A DNA stretch of 64,000 nt, taken from positions 3,782,001 to 3,846,000 of the forward strand of contig NW_026262723.1 in assembly GCF_021869535.1 (NCBI RefSeq), written 5' to 3'. How positions within the stretch are numbered: position 1 is the stretch's first letter; each line of letters starts with the position of its first letter. Source of the DNA: Mytilus californianus (taxonomy: Eukaryota). This document shows positions 11,831 to 26,029 of this stretch, in pieces. Both the position numbers and the translations under genes were made by a program. Under the pieces are notes generated by a model, which was not told where the DNA came from, did no database searches, and saw nothing but the letters and a program-made list of their open reading frames with translations.

Positions 11831-13161
11831 GAATGATCAAGCTTTGATCTTGTTTCTTAAAAGTGTCTAATGGAACTCTGACTCGTATGAAAATAGGAAA
11901 GTCGACCAGATGAGGTGAACAAGTCAGGAATATGACAGTTGTTATCCATTCGTTAGATGTGTTTGAGCTTTTGATTTTGCCATTTGATTAGGGACTTTCC
12001 TTTTTGAATTTTCCTCGGAGTTTAGTATTTTTGTGATTTTACTTTTTTCTCATATGATGCCTACACTCTGCTGGTTAGCAGACTTTAGGTCTATGTATTG
12101 TTAATGAAATATATACTAAACATCTTGTTTTGAACATTCGTTAAATAAAGGCAACAGTAGTAAACCGCTGTTCGATAGTCAAACTAAAACCGAGGGAAAC
12201 ACATCAACTATAAGAGGAAAACAACGGAACAACAGAAACACTGAACTTCACCAAAAGCAAACGCCAACATACATAAAAACGGACTGTGTGATCACAACTG
12301 CCATATTGTTGACTTGGTACAGGACATTTTAAGAAAAAATGGTGGGTTGAACCTGGATTTAGGGCTAGCCAAACCTCCGGCTCATATCAATGTTGAAAAT
12401 ACAGCTAAAATGACAACACTATGTGACAGGAATACAGTACAAACAAACGCAAGAATTTCAGCCCAGAGAAAAACATAATATAAATAATATAATAGTACAT
12501 TACAACATGTTAGCCACAGAATAACAAACGAACACCTCCCATGAATTTACGACAGCACACCAGGACACCACAAACGAAATATAAACTGCGCGTCACATGA
12601 ATAGATCAACGTCACAAAAAGTATTATTTTTAACGTTTATATTATCACAGGTAAATTTCTAAAAATAAAATAGATTTGTTTAATTTAAAGACACGTACAA
12701 TAATATGAATTGGGATTGGGTTTGTAATGGTGTTATTTTATGTATTTTGCAACCATGACAAAAATATTAAAATGGAATTATCTTTGTAATGGTGTTATTA
12801 TTTGTATTTTCTAACCATGTTGGTTTTTCTTCTAAATCAAAACTGTGTATAAACAAAAATAACCTGTGCATATTGTTGTTTTAAACTTAAAATCGTATAA
12901 ATGAAGTAGCTGATTTTTTTATCTTAACTTTTACATACATATAGAAAATAAAAATAAAAAAAGAATAACTGTAATATAAGGCAAGATCATGTAAGACGAA
13001 AAATGAATACAATTACATGAATTACAAGCATCTAACAAGGGTCAAGCGCCTCATTGTTCATGTGTCAGCAGCAACTTCTATCACGAGAAAATCCCCCACA
13101 TTTAAAAGAACATTAGTTATATACATTCGATTTTTTTCAAATCTATATCTATTTATTTTAG

Positions 13162-13192
13162 GGCAGCAGATATTGGAAACCTTCTCGGATAG
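13162..13192 (+). pseudogene. Orphan terminal exon 5 (AADIGNLLG*) of a deleted P-type lectin gene
   Basis: ttttag acceptor plus G GCA GCA GAT ATT GGA AAC CTT CTC GGA TAG. Flanks match intron 4 and the 3' region of the P-type copies, but no exons 1-4 lie between it and gene A. Confidence 0.8.
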
Positions 13193-13237
13193 TCGTAATT
13201 GTCAACAACTGTTTTACATTTTCCATGTCAGTTTATT

Positions 13238-13240
<3 letters not shown>

Positions 13241-13284
<44 letters not shown>
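13241..13284. repeat. (TA)22 microsatellite
   Basis: Read directly from the sequence. Confidence 0.95.
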
Positions 13285-13285
<1 letters not shown>

Positions 13286-13464
13286 TGAAATTGTTCTGTT
13301 GTTTTTATTTGATATTTTGTTGTTATGTAATTTGTGGGCCGCATAACAATTCAAACAAAGGTCTAATCTATATAAAAAACGAGAAATTTGAAATTTTGTT
13401 GTGATGTAATTTGTTGGAAATTTGAGAAGACGATAATGTAGATTCGCTGCATATTGATAATAAC

Positions 13465-13467
<3 letters not shown>

Positions 13468-13496
<29 letters not shown>
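13468..13496. repeat. (GA)n microsatellite
   Basis: Read directly; homologous to the longer tract after copy C. Confidence 0.95.
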
Positions 13497-13504
13497 TAAT
13501 CTTT

Positions 13505-14030
13505 ATATAAATAAGAAGATGTGGTATGAGTGCCAATGCGACAACTCTCCATCCAATTCACAATGTATGAAAAGTTAACAATTGTAGGTCAAAGTACGGC
13601 CTTCAATACGGAGCCTTGGCTCACATCGAACAGCAAGCTATAAAGGGCCGCAAAACAATTCAAACAAAGGTCTATATAAAAAACGAGAAACGAGAAACAC
13701 CTATGAACCACACCAACAAACGACAACCATCGAACAACAAGCTCCTGACTTAGGACAGGTGCATACAAATGCAGCGGGTTTAAACGTTTTAACAGGCGTC
13801 AGCCTTCACCCTTACCTGCGACAGTAGCGTAACATTACAACATAAAAAGACACACCATGAAATATCAATTGAAATGGCTTATCTCGATCAAAAAGACATT
13901 TTAACAAAAAACAAGTAAACATATACTGAACGAATAAGTTTGATCTATGACACAATATAAATACAATATTAAAACGTAGGTGCCTATATAACATAGACGT
14001 TACAGGTAGTAATAAAAAAGATGTAGGAAG
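13505..14030. mobile_element. Abundant mytilid-type interspersed repeat inserted beside a (GA)n tract
   Basis: taagaagatgtggtatgagtgccaatg.gacaactctcca... type sequence, absent from the homologous site after copy C (36336-36345). Confidence 0.55.
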
Positions 14031-14199
14031 AGTGTCAAGAAGACAACTCTTACCTGGGACGAAATGGCGTTAAACAAAACAACGTTCACAGGTAAATTTA
14101 AATATAATAATTTTGTTGTTCAGAGTACGAGTACAGAAGTGAAAATTTATCGTCATACTAAATACTTATCAAAGGTGGTAAGAATAGTGAGACGAGATA

Positions 14200-15150
14200 C
14201 AGATGGGTGCAGTCCTAAACTGTACAGCTAGTTAACTTAATAAGCAGACTTTATGACTGGTTAAAGTTAACTTAGGATCGGTTTTATGACTGCTGTGACC
14301 GGTCCTAGGACAGAATTTGTGTTAACTTAAAAAGCAGACTTGGTCCTTGGACTGTTTAATGATTGCCCGAAAAGTTAACTTCAGGACAGGTCCATGTCCA
14401 GAATTGAAGTTAACTTATGACCAGGTCTGCTATCAAAAGTCAAACCAGACCTGTTCTTATAAAAGTTAACTTTGGATTGGTCCATGATAAAGTTAACATG
14501 ATCCAAAGTTAACTTTGGTCTGGTTTGCTCCTCTAAGATAAAGTTAACTTGTTCCCAAGTTAACTTTAGTCTGGTCTGCTCTTTCAAGATAAAGTTAACA
14601 TGATCCAAAGTTAACTTGTAAACAGGACTGCTTTTATTGTTTGTATCAACGTGGTAACGAATATCCATAGGACCGATTTAAAAGCAGACCTGTCCCCATG
14701 ATTGACAGGACTGCTCTGTTAAATTCTAAACTTGTCCACAGGTCTGGTCCGGTCAAGCAGACCTTTCCACAGGTCTGGTTTGGTCAAGCAGACCTGTCCA
14801 CTGCTCTGGCCTGTTCAAGCAGACCTGTCCACTGGTCTGGTCTGGTCAAGCAGACCTGTCCACAGGTCTGGTCTGGTCAAGCAGACCTGTCTTCAGGTCT
14901 GGTCTGGTCAGGCAGACCTGTCCACAGGTCTGGTCTGGTCGAGCTGATCTGTCCTGGAAACAGGTCTGCTCTAGCTAACTTGTCCTTAGGTCTGGTCTGC
15001 AGCAGTCCTAAAAAAGCAGACATGAGGTCTGGTCTGCTAGGGATAAAGTTAACTCACAGGTCTGCTAAAATTTTCCCAAGTTAACCTATAGAGCAGTCGT
15101 AAGGACTGCTTTAAGTTAACTTGTGTACAGGTTAGGACCGCACCCATCTG
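14200..15150. mobile_element. 951-bp non-autonomous DNA transposon (MITE) with about 50-bp TIRs, TA target duplication and internal satellites
   Basis: TA|CAGATGGGTGCAGTCCTAAACTGTACA ... TGTACAGGTTAGGACCGCACCCATCTG|TA. The TA TSD suggests the Tc1/mariner superfamily. Confidence 0.85.
14730..14955. repeat. About 7 tandem copies of a 31-bp palindromic unit inside the MITE
   Basis: gcagacctgtccacaggtctggtctggtcaa with unit starts at 14757, 14788, 14819, 14850, 14881, 14912 and 14943; the consensus unit contains an AGACCTGT-cc-ACAGGTCT hairpin. Confidence 0.9.
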
Positions 15151-16689
15151 TATAACACAAAATAGTAAACATTTAATTACAGAAATTCATTACAAATTTT
15201 GTCAACAGGTCAAATTAACACAAAATTACGATTATGGAGTACTTGCAGTTACTGAAAGCTAGTTAAAAGCCAAAAACAATTAACCATTGAAAATCATGCA
15301 CCAGAGACTGAAATCAATTAAAACACATCCCAGGGATTTAGTGTTTTAACGCCATGGATATTGAAAGAAGACATGACTCGTGCAATGCCCCAAAAAAAGT
15401 AGGATCGTTAGGATTGAGCCTTATAATAAATATGTATCATGATAAAGATAGATAAAGAAATCTCTAAATAGAAAATTAACGTGAATGTGTATTTATACAT
15501 CCCAAAAACCATTCGTAAAGAATACAAATTTAGTTATGTTTTAATTTGTTGATGAAAAAATCGATGTTAGTGCCAAAACAATTTTCAAAGATCTTATTAC
15601 AACATTAATAAGATAACCTTTACTAATAAGTTGACTCGGACAATTAGAATTTAAAGGCCAACTGATTTTTTTTAATTATTTATTATAAGCTATTATCTTT
15701 TATCTATTAACTTAGCAGTCTAATATTTCAAAGCTGTAGCCGACTGACGTGTAATGTGTAGATCCAGAAAATACTGTTACGCTTACTTCCATTTTTATTT
15801 AAAGTAGAAAAATGAATATAATTTTACAGATCATGCAACAATAAACTTCTATAATTTCTGTTAAATCCTTCAATGATTTCCATCAAAATGTACTACTGAA
15901 AGGGATTGATACTCATAACGATACAAAAAAGCACAGAATATTAAAATGGTCTTCCAATAAACATTGCAATCAATTTTGATTCCAATATATTGTTTGATAG
16001 AATAGATATAGTTTAACAGGACACGCAGTTTACACCAAAACACAATATATAACGTCTAGTTCTAACCCTTACTCTTACCCTTACCCAAACACTATCTAGT
16101 TTCTGATATGAAAAGCATATTTACTATGTATGCTTGAATTCGTGTACAAGTGAACAGAGGGGAAATGAAATACAATTGTACTTTCGTAATCTTTAAACAT
16201 CAGAATAATCCATAGGTTTGATATAAATTAGTAAGTAATGGTACATATAAGTTTTGTTTAAAACATTTCACAAAATGAGCATTATTATGTTACATCACAT
16301 TGGCGCTGACTTTTTTAAGACGCGCGTTTCGTACACAAAAGATCCATACCTGACGATCGAATCCAAAAAATTAAAAAGGGCAAATATTGTATGCAGTTGA
16401 AGAGCATTAATGTTCAAAGAATTAAAAAATACCTAGCTTTTATCCTCCCTTATTGAATTAAGATAGAGAATAAGCGACGTCTGGTTTGCTCAAAACAATT
16501 TCCGGTGTCAATTGATAGCAAAATGTACACTGACTCCTTAAAGATGTGATTTCTGTATTTTGGCTTAAAATGAAGGAGTTGATTTGCAAGTTCCTTTTGG
16601 AAGTTACACTGTCCAGTTTGAGATAATAGGTTACTTCAGTTTGATTCCAAAAATATATGGTTGCATTTTTTTGGGTTGTTTTTTAATGC

Positions 16690-19620
16690 CCAAAAATAGC
16701 AGAGTAACATCTATACCGATTCCGAAAACCTAAGAAATTCAAAAGTATTATTTACCAACATTTAGGAAAACACAATCACAATATTAAATTTATCGGATTC
16801 CAACTACTCGAATCGATCAATAAACAACAAGGGTAATCGCATAAACAATTTGAAGATTATCGTAAAATTATCGAACTGTCTTGGATTAAACGACTGCAGA
16901 TAGCATATCCCCTGAGTCTAAATGACAATATAATGGGACAAGGGAACATATCTTAATCTTTTTCTATTGATATCATGAATATTGTTGATAACATACAACG
17001 TAATGATAGGTCTCAATCGAAATCAACGAATTAAGCATCGCATGAATTATACACTTGATGATCTCCTATCTATATTTAAAAACAAAGGTAGGCATCAATT
17101 ATTATGTACACTGGGTCAAATGCCAATTAGTAAATTACATGATATTTTCAAAGTGCGACACAATCTCGTAATTCAGCTTATTTTCTTTTAATATTCGCGT
17201 ATAATTACAGCCTTTTGCCACCATAGGCTGTTCCCGTGTATCGATAATCCTGAAGGTCATAAACGGAATTTTCTTACAATTAAATATATTAACAGAGGTA
17301 CTGATTTCATCGAGTATATTTAATGACTCTACCATTCAAAACTCTATACATCCCAATTTTGATAACACAGAACAACCTATTATTTTGGTATACACACAAT
17401 AAAGCCAGCAGAAGTTTACCTTTTAATTATACGCCAGTAACATTAGACGTCAGTGAATTTGCAAATTTTAAATATGATCCCTATGGCTATGTTATTACGG
17501 TGGACCTCAATATCGTTCAAGACCGAGAGGTTAAACACTTTTTGAAAAAAAGAACCAAAATATCGTCCTCTATCTAAAATAGATTAGAAACAGTGTCGTC
17601 AGGTCATAAAAGACGCTCTTTCGTCGTATTGTAGAAATTGTTGTAAACGGGAAAGATCTAGTAAAAAAATCTTGATTCTCATTTAAATAAATGTATGAAT
17701 GTTGTGGATATTCGAATATCACATTTTGAAAATGATTTAGAAATGAATTAAAGAGTACATAATACACCTTTTTCTAGAACAAGAAACTAAGTTCAAGTAC
17801 TCGCAAAATGGTTTGTGTCTGTACCGGCCGACAAAGCAGCCAACAATGTGGTGGTGGTATGCCGTAACTAATACTCGGAATTTCTTCAGAATGAAATTTT
17901 GAATTCTTCTACATTCAAATCCGTGCGCTCCACAGAGAGTCATATAGTAAACAATCATATCATATCAAAATTACATCACAGCTTACGGCCTCTTCTGAAC
18001 ATTTAAAGGTCCCTACTATGTATTGGTTGCCTAAAATACACAAAAAAACCAGTAAAATAGCGTTTATCTCGGCCTCTAGTACGTGTTCTAAAACTAATCT
18101 TCAAGTGCTTTTAACAAGTTCCTTAACTTCTACCAAAGAACTTATCATTTACATTTGTAATAAAACATATGAAAATAGTGGAATTAACTATTTTTTGAGT
18201 GTAAAAAACTTCTTTGGATGTTTTAGATAAATTACGTACTTTCGATGGTTCTTTTGATTCTGTTGACAGTTTTGACTTTTCATCTCTTTACACTACACTT
18301 CCACACAATCTTATCACACAAACGTTTTCCAATTTAATTAAATGGTCGTTTGGTAAATCTCATTGCAAATATATTTGAAACTCAGTTAAAGACTTTTCCT
18401 CTAATGAGAAAGGTAAATATGCCAGATATTCTTATTGGAGGTGTGATGAGATGATTGAAGCTTTTCATTTTCTCCTAGATAATATTTATGTACGTTTCGG
18501 CAATTAACTTTATCGACAAGTTGTAGGTATTCCTATGGGCACCAATTGCGTCCCTTTAATAGCAGACGTGTTGGCATGATACGGATTATGTTCTTTTCGT
18601 ATATTTTATAATGTCTAGCCATTGTAAGTCTTGTATATTTTTTTTAACTTCGGTTCATTTATATGTGTGACGTCCATTATCTCTGAACTAGTACACATTT
18701 CTGTTTAGGGGCAAACTGAAGCCCGCCTCCGGGTCCAGGATTTTTTCGCTGTGTTGAAGATCCATTGGTGGCCTTGGGCTGTTTTCTGCTCATTGTTCGG
18801 GTTGTTGTCTCTTAGGCAAATTCCCCGTTTCATTTCTTAATTTATTGTTCTTGTACTGTTATGAATAACAGTTTATCACCAAACTCAGTAAAGACCCGTC
18901 TAAATAGCATTTAAATGATTAAATCAAACAACACTTATCATTATCTTGATTATATTTTTCGTTAAATAATCAAGAATTTTCTAAATATACTGCCGAAATT
19001 TACCCAAAGGAACTTACTATAATTACATCAAATACAAACGGAAATAACTGTCCTTTCCTAGATTTAGATATTTCAGTTTTATACTGGAAACTCTATACAC
19101 GAATTTACGACAAAAGTGACGATTTTTTGTTCCCTATTGTTAATTTTCCTTTTTTTGACGACGATGTTCCTTTGGCACCATCTTATGGTGTTTATATATC
19201 ACAACTCGTTCCCTATGCCGTGTCTGTTGTGACGTTTTAAATTTCAATGAACATAATCTATGTATTACTGGTAAATTATTAAGTCAGGGATTTCCTTACC
19301 ACAAATTACTGAAAACCTTTACTTAATTCTTCCATAGATACAAAGATTTGGTTTGAAAGTTTAGTTGTACCTGTAGAAAACTTATTTCAAACGGGATTGC
19401 ACATCCTAATTTTTACTGAAATGTTGTGTTCCCGGCGCGGAAATTTATATACGATCCGGGTAAACTTATCGATTCTTTAAATAAACTTCTTCTGAAAGGT
19501 CACCAATTCAATAATATACTTAGATCTTTGAAATTTTTGTTATTGGTATTAATATTGATTTTGTTATCAGTAAATCAAAATCAATCTTAATATTATTTTT
19601 ATATACATATACACATTCAT
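16690..19620 (+). mobile_element. Decayed Naiad-type Penelope-like element, copy 2 (duplicated with the array unit)
   Basis: Co-linear with 80-2900. Retains an extra ~540 bp (about 17820-18355) with PADKAANN, MYWLPKIHK and FDFSSLYTTLPH (RT motif A) that is deleted in copy 1. Confidence 0.82.
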
Positions 19621-22306
19621 GGCTCTACAATCTGTCAGTACCTGTATCTTGGCATTGCACAATGTCATGTTTTTCTCTGACTATTTAATTTATGACGTCT
19701 TTACACTAAATTCATCGGATGTTGGATGTGTACTGATTGATATTTCAGTCTTAGATGCATGCATTTTTTATAAGTTGTTATTGGCTTTGAACAAGCTGTC
19801 AGTAACTGTGAGTACTCTCAGATCTATACTTTGTTGTTAGGGATATATAAATAACCTGCTACGTCCGGTCTGTGCTTTTGTTACATGTGTTTCTACTTTT
19901 TATCGATCTGATGAGTTATGATTTTTATAGTTTGTTCTTCAGTTGTACTGTTACACCACTGTTCTAGGTTAGGGGTAAGGTTGACGCCTTCAAACAAGTT
20001 TAACCCCGACACATTCTGTATGTGCCCGTACGAATTAAGTAAACTATTAATACAAGTGTATACAAAATTAAAACAACACTGTAGAAGCCTCATGGGTGCG
20101 AATCGCACCTCAGGACACACCTGCACCGTGAATGTCAAAAGCTAAAAACCCGATAGCTCGACGGTCAAAAAAGGACCAAAAGGAACATAATAGCACAAAA
20201 ATGAAAATAAAGGGAAAATGTAAAGTACATAAAAAGATGCACAGTTTCAACACCTACAATCCAAAGACCATCTTGTTTTATTTTGTGAAGGAGACAATGA
20301 ATATCTATCTATAAGGTCTTGATACTTTCCGATAAACTGTTCGAGAAAATTATGAAACGAACAGTTTTGTCAACAGAAAGCACTGACAAGGATTGATCAA
20401 AACAACACAGACGCTCTGAAACAAAAGGAACAACAATCACCACTTAACCTAACACAACACTTAGGGTAAACACAGGTTCCTCGGAAGGTAAACAGTGTTT
20501 GAATCAGCTTCATGTTACTCATGGAAAGTACAAAGAAATTGCTAAGTTTATTTGTGATGCCATTGGCATCACCGGTGAAAAATAAACAAAACCCTGGAAT
20601 GTCGTATCAGCTGTATAAATCATATTCAAATTCCGCTGAAATGTAATTTTGATTTGATTAAAGGTCAAAGTTCACAATGGGAAAATCGAAATCAATAAAT
20701 ATGAAGAAACGCTAACAAATTTAGTTGTTGAATTGGTTTTTGAACCACAATTGTTTTTTCTAACGCAATGAGAAAAAGGTTCATGGAGCCTGAAAAAATC
20801 AAGTGCTATTTAGATACAAATACACAAAATTTTCTGTATATAAGTAGTTAAATACAGAATGGAAGTCAGCAAATGGAGCCATCCTAATTAACGTAATTTG
20901 TCAAACCTAAGGTCATCGTTGTAAACCTTGCAGCAACTGATATTATTGATAACAGCAATAATGACGCTGAAAAAAGGTATTCAACAGGATTTCATGCACA
21001 TTCATCCTGTTGTAGTTCTTTCTAAATGTCATACATATTAAATAATCGTGAACGGTATGTGTAAGAGACCAAGGAAGGCTAACTCAACAAAACAAATAGG
21101 ATTTCAAAACAAAAAGGAAAAACGACGAGGAGATAAGCAACAGCCTACAAAACACTACAAAGATAACTGAAGATAAAGCAATAAGAACCCTACAAAAAAC
21201 CGGAGTTACACATATGTGTTCTGGAAGGATAAACATTTACTACCGTCCTACGTTGTGAAAGTAAGATATTAGGTTGATTCACTAAATATTGGTATCTTTA
21301 ATTGAAAAATAGCAGTACAAAATTGGCTAGTTCTTTGCTTCAATCTGCCAATTGTTTTAGACAGAATGCATATTTATGTGTAAGACTGTTTTTTTTAGGA
21401 AAGATAAGTGATTTATTGTATTATTTAGACTGTTTGTACAAATACCAATTGTTTTGATCGATTCAATTTTCTGCCTAGCCATATAAGTTAAGATAACTCT
21501 TACAGGAAAATTTTTATAAAGAAATGTTAATGAAATTTTCTTTTATACTTGCAGCAGGAAAACAAGTTCGGTGACACCATTTTTTCTTTTTAGTTTTTAA
21601 AAACATATTATAAAACCTATCTTCATATGTTATGTTAAAGTTTTATCGGATAGATTTCTAGTATGAGAGGCAATTCCCACTGACACAAGTTATCTTACCA
21701 AATATCATATTAAACCCCGTGTTCAACTCCAAAACGATCAACATATTTTCCTTTCAAAGCTTTGCCTTCATTGCGCACATGTTAATGATTATTCTGGAAA
21801 TGTGTATCATGCGCACATACATAGGTGTCAAATAATATCAGGCTTATAAATTTGTACGCAAGACGCGCGTTTCGTCTACAGAAGATTCATTAGAAGTGCT
21901 CATAATAGATGTTCCGATTTACATTCTAATATTTCTCCTCACATGCGTCGTGTACGGATAAATATTCTTATTTATATTCCAAATATTCACATATGAATTC
22001 TCGAACTTTGGCTTGTATCCTTATCCTGATAAATGTTCCAAATTATATTCCAAATAATCTTGTCCTAAAATTTGAACTTTTTATTAAAATGGTCTTTATA
22101 GATACCAGTCTTACAACAGTTCTACATTAATCAATATTTAAGAAGACCTTGAGTTTGTTTCTGGTCCGAATTTTACACCTACATTCCAATCTGTCTGCAG
22201 TTTCTTTGACATCACGAACTTATCAAAATAGAGATAATTTACGAATATAAATATCGCCTTCAGAAATGCAACATGCTATCTTAAAACTGCTGCTTCATAT
22301 ATCAAA

Positions 22307-25300
22307 ATGTCTTCTGTTTGGATGAAACTTTGTGTTCTGGCATTTGTGGCCACGGCTGGTAAGTCACTTTTTAATTATCATTAATGTACTGATTCTTCAA
22401 GATTAAATCTGTAATTCATAATTAAATGCTTATTTATGTAATTTCACTGAAGGGGCATTAGGGTTAGGGTAAGGTTTAAGGTTATATTTAGGGTAGCTGT
22501 CAAATTCATGCACACCAATTTTACCCAATTACAAATTATTATATTTGATTTAAATCATAGTAAAACCTGTCTCCAAATTACAAAAAGTGCAAAAGAAATA
22601 TTTAACAATGCATACACTCGTTATGTATAGCAGCATTTCGTGCGTAGAGACCAGATGTCATCAAATTATCTATTGAGATGACCCCCAAAGACTGTCGATA
22701 GTCATATAACCTGATACAAACGAAATGGTGTTTACCTTATTTTGACAAAATTGAACCAAACCGACTTCTTATAGCGAAATATAATTCTTACAACTTTTCC
22801 CATATTGTTCGTGCATCTGGCGTACAACGTTATAAGCCTCGTATCTTTGATGAGTTTATTTTTTATAAATATTTGAAACAAAATCTATCATATATCAATT
22901 TTTGTCTAGTGTGTAAAAGCATTGACCGAAGCAGATTTGTAGTTAAACGCTTCATATGTAAGTGCACACGGTCGACGTTATTACAAAGTAAGAGTCAACA
23001 CATGAGATTACGAGTGAACTCAAGGTTTTCCTATTTTTTTTTTTTAAATATTCATATTATTGTTATTAAGTAACTTTGTCATAGAAAGCACGTGCAGTTA
23101 TGGATGTGACGGTTTATTGAGACAAAGAAAACCATTACTCTGATTATCAAATAATGGAATCTCTATGAAACGGTGTTTCTTCGTGATGCAAATAAACCGA
23201 GTGTCGAAATAAATTGTATCACTCAAAATGTAATTTATATTATTCCTTTTTGACATTTGATTTTGATTGACTTCCTTGAATGTGATAACTCTTTTTATAT
23301 CATTTGTTTATATAAAAAAAGACACTTTTCAACATTCATATTTTGTATGAAAGGATACATGCAAATGCATAACTATTTTTGTTTCAGTATTTTGCGCATG
23401 TCCAAATAATTGGAGTCATTATGAAGACAAATGTTTCTTTCTAAGCCGTGACAACGAGACATTTGCCGATTCACTGGTCAGTTAAAATGAAAATAGAAGA
23501 GTGAAGGTTCCGAAAATATATTTTTATAAATTTGTCTTCAAATTATGATTTCGATTGTTTGATTTTGATATAGAATAACTCTTTTTGTATTGCAATCTGT
23601 ATTGAGTGTGTCCTATTCTCGATTTTGAAAGAGTGTGGGTTGTAATGACGGATGATAAATGCATAGCAGTAGTCGCTAACCCTTTAAACACATCCAGTCT
23701 CGCTTCTGTTCATGTAGATCCCTCAGGTTTTGTTTTTTGTTTTTTTTTAACCTTGATTTTCATTTTCCTAATAGATTATGAGATTTGAAAATCGGCAAAC
23801 TTCTGCTAACTCACATTAGACATCACATGAACTTGTATATGAAATTAATAATTTTGAATTCATAAATAATTAGCTTAATGGATTGCAACCTTAGAATAAC
23901 ACAATGACATAACATAAGAAGCCGGAAATACATCTAAACAATTTAACATGTTAAATCATGGTTATACCAAAGCACTTGGTAATGTAGGAATTGCCGTTTA
24001 TTTCAAACGTGTAAGCATGGTTAAACGTATATGCGGGTTTTCGAGGGAGGGATATAACAGAAAATATTATGTTCATTTGTGTCATTCAAATTAATCGTAT
24101 AATATCAACATGATCAATAAATATTTGTTTTGTAATTTTAGAGTTATATTGTTATATCTTTTCTCAGAAACTATGTGAAGTGATTGGACGTCAATATGGA
24201 AGATCGGCATCATTAGCTACCGTTGATGATGCGAAAACACAACAGTTTCTTACAGATTTAATGATCAAAATAAGTAAGAATGAGTAGACGTTAGATTATA
24301 CATAAATGTGAAGCACAACTTTTCTCCTCTATCTACCTTAACCTGAAAACAAATATTTTTGTTTAAGGTACTAAAAAGGTTGGCTGTCATAACGACTATA
24401 GTTTTGTTTGGTTATGGTTTTTATACTTGTACAGTATTTGAATATTAAATCTTTGTATACATAGGAGTTTTTCTGCATTTTGTAGGATTAAGAACATGGT
24501 TTTTGCTTACTCCCTAATCATTGAGGATCCTTCTCATACTTAGGAATTATTGACTGAGTCTTTGTTTTAAACATTTACTTTTGCAAAGGTTTAAATTTGT
24601 TGACAACTTCATTGTTTGCATTTGTTTGTTAGATTCAGCCCAATTTTTTAACCTAGATGTAATGAAGTTGTTCTATGAATCACCGTACAAGACAATTAGT
24701 CAACTGCGATTGGCAAACTGCAGTGAAGCCATTAAAAATGGGTGTTATACGTGTTTTTTGATAAAATCGTTTTCTCTACATCTCATATTTTATTCAAAAC
24801 AGAAATTATTAAGTCAAACTGAAGACAAATTACGAATGAGAAATAGAAAAACGCTCATACAAAAGCAATGGCTTACAAAACAGACAAGGACATCATGAGG
24901 TCAATTCTTTCACGCTCACTTATTCAAATAGTAGGAACTTATAGAAAAATACAAAAAATTACTTAACAATACAATTTTGAAAAGGAGTATTTGATGAATA
25001 GAATTTGCAAGTTTTGTATAAGAGCAGCAATATGAGGTTGGTTAGTGATTCACAACCATTTTGTTTATTTTATCAGATTCCATTGGAATGTACATAGGAT
25101 TAAATGACCTTGTAACTGAAGGGACATTTCACTGGGTAGCCAACGGCAAGCAGGCAACATACTTTAACTGGGGACCTACCCAACCAAACAACAGAGGGGG
25201 AAACGAAAATTGTGTAGCTATGCGAGTTGATCCAGTTATAGGCTTCAATTATTCTTGGACAGATGGTCCTTGCACAGTTCCAACCACCTACATTTGTGAA

Positions 25301-26029
25301 ATGGTGTAAGTACTATTGCAGAGGAAGAGATTATAAGGCAATACACGTTACAATGTGATATGCGACTTGATGCTGTTAATGGCTTCAAATTTTCTTGGAC
25401 AGATGGTTTATGAACAGTTCCAACAAAATAAATCTGTGAAATGGCTATTGATAATAAGTTGTTTGAAGAATGGTTCTTCTTCCTTTACTATGCAAAGTGA
25501 TTGACACAAAACAAAAACAATATGTACATGATCCCAACCAGGATCGTTCGTCGGATATTTGGAGTATGCTGTTATGACATAACGGTCCATCCATAAGTGT
25601 TTTGCTTCCGTAAACTTTTGAAAAAAAGATGACTTCAACATTACAATTAATTTTGAAATAAGCAGAAGTAGTATGATTGACGATGAGACAACTCTCTACA
25701 AGAGACGAAATCAATTAGCTACTATTTGTCACTGTAGAGCCGTCAAAAATGCGCAAATCTCATACAGTTTAACAAGGGTATAAAAGCCCCTCAAATGACA
25801 TATGTAAAACAATTTAAACGGCCTCATAAACGAAAATACATACAATATTTAAACAACGAAAGGCAACCACTGAATTACAAGCCTCCGACTTGGTTCATTT
25901 GTCACCTGCACCTTCTGTCACTAAAATATTCCCCACATTTGAAAGAACATTATTGATATACATTTGATTTTTTCTAAATATTTATTCATCTATTTTAGGG
26001 CAGCAGATATTGGAAACCTTCTCGGATAG
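22307..26029 (+). CDS. Secreted C-type lectin, copy B, S-subtype, 168 aa, 5 exons
   Basis: Exons 22307-22358, 23388-23476, 24168-24273, 25077-25305, 25999-26029; reading frame intact; intron-2 donor is GTCAGT rather than GTGAGT. Confidence 0.9.

Noticed and set aside
14730-14955. 31-bp palindromic repeats resembling a CRISPR array
   Set aside because: Units are head-to-tail with no unique spacers, there are no cas genes, and the context is eukaryotic.
14381-15084. Repetitive ORFs (95, 128 and 71 aa) with repeated peptide motifs
   Set aside because: They are translations of the satellite units inside the TA-flanked MITE; there is no splice or homology support.
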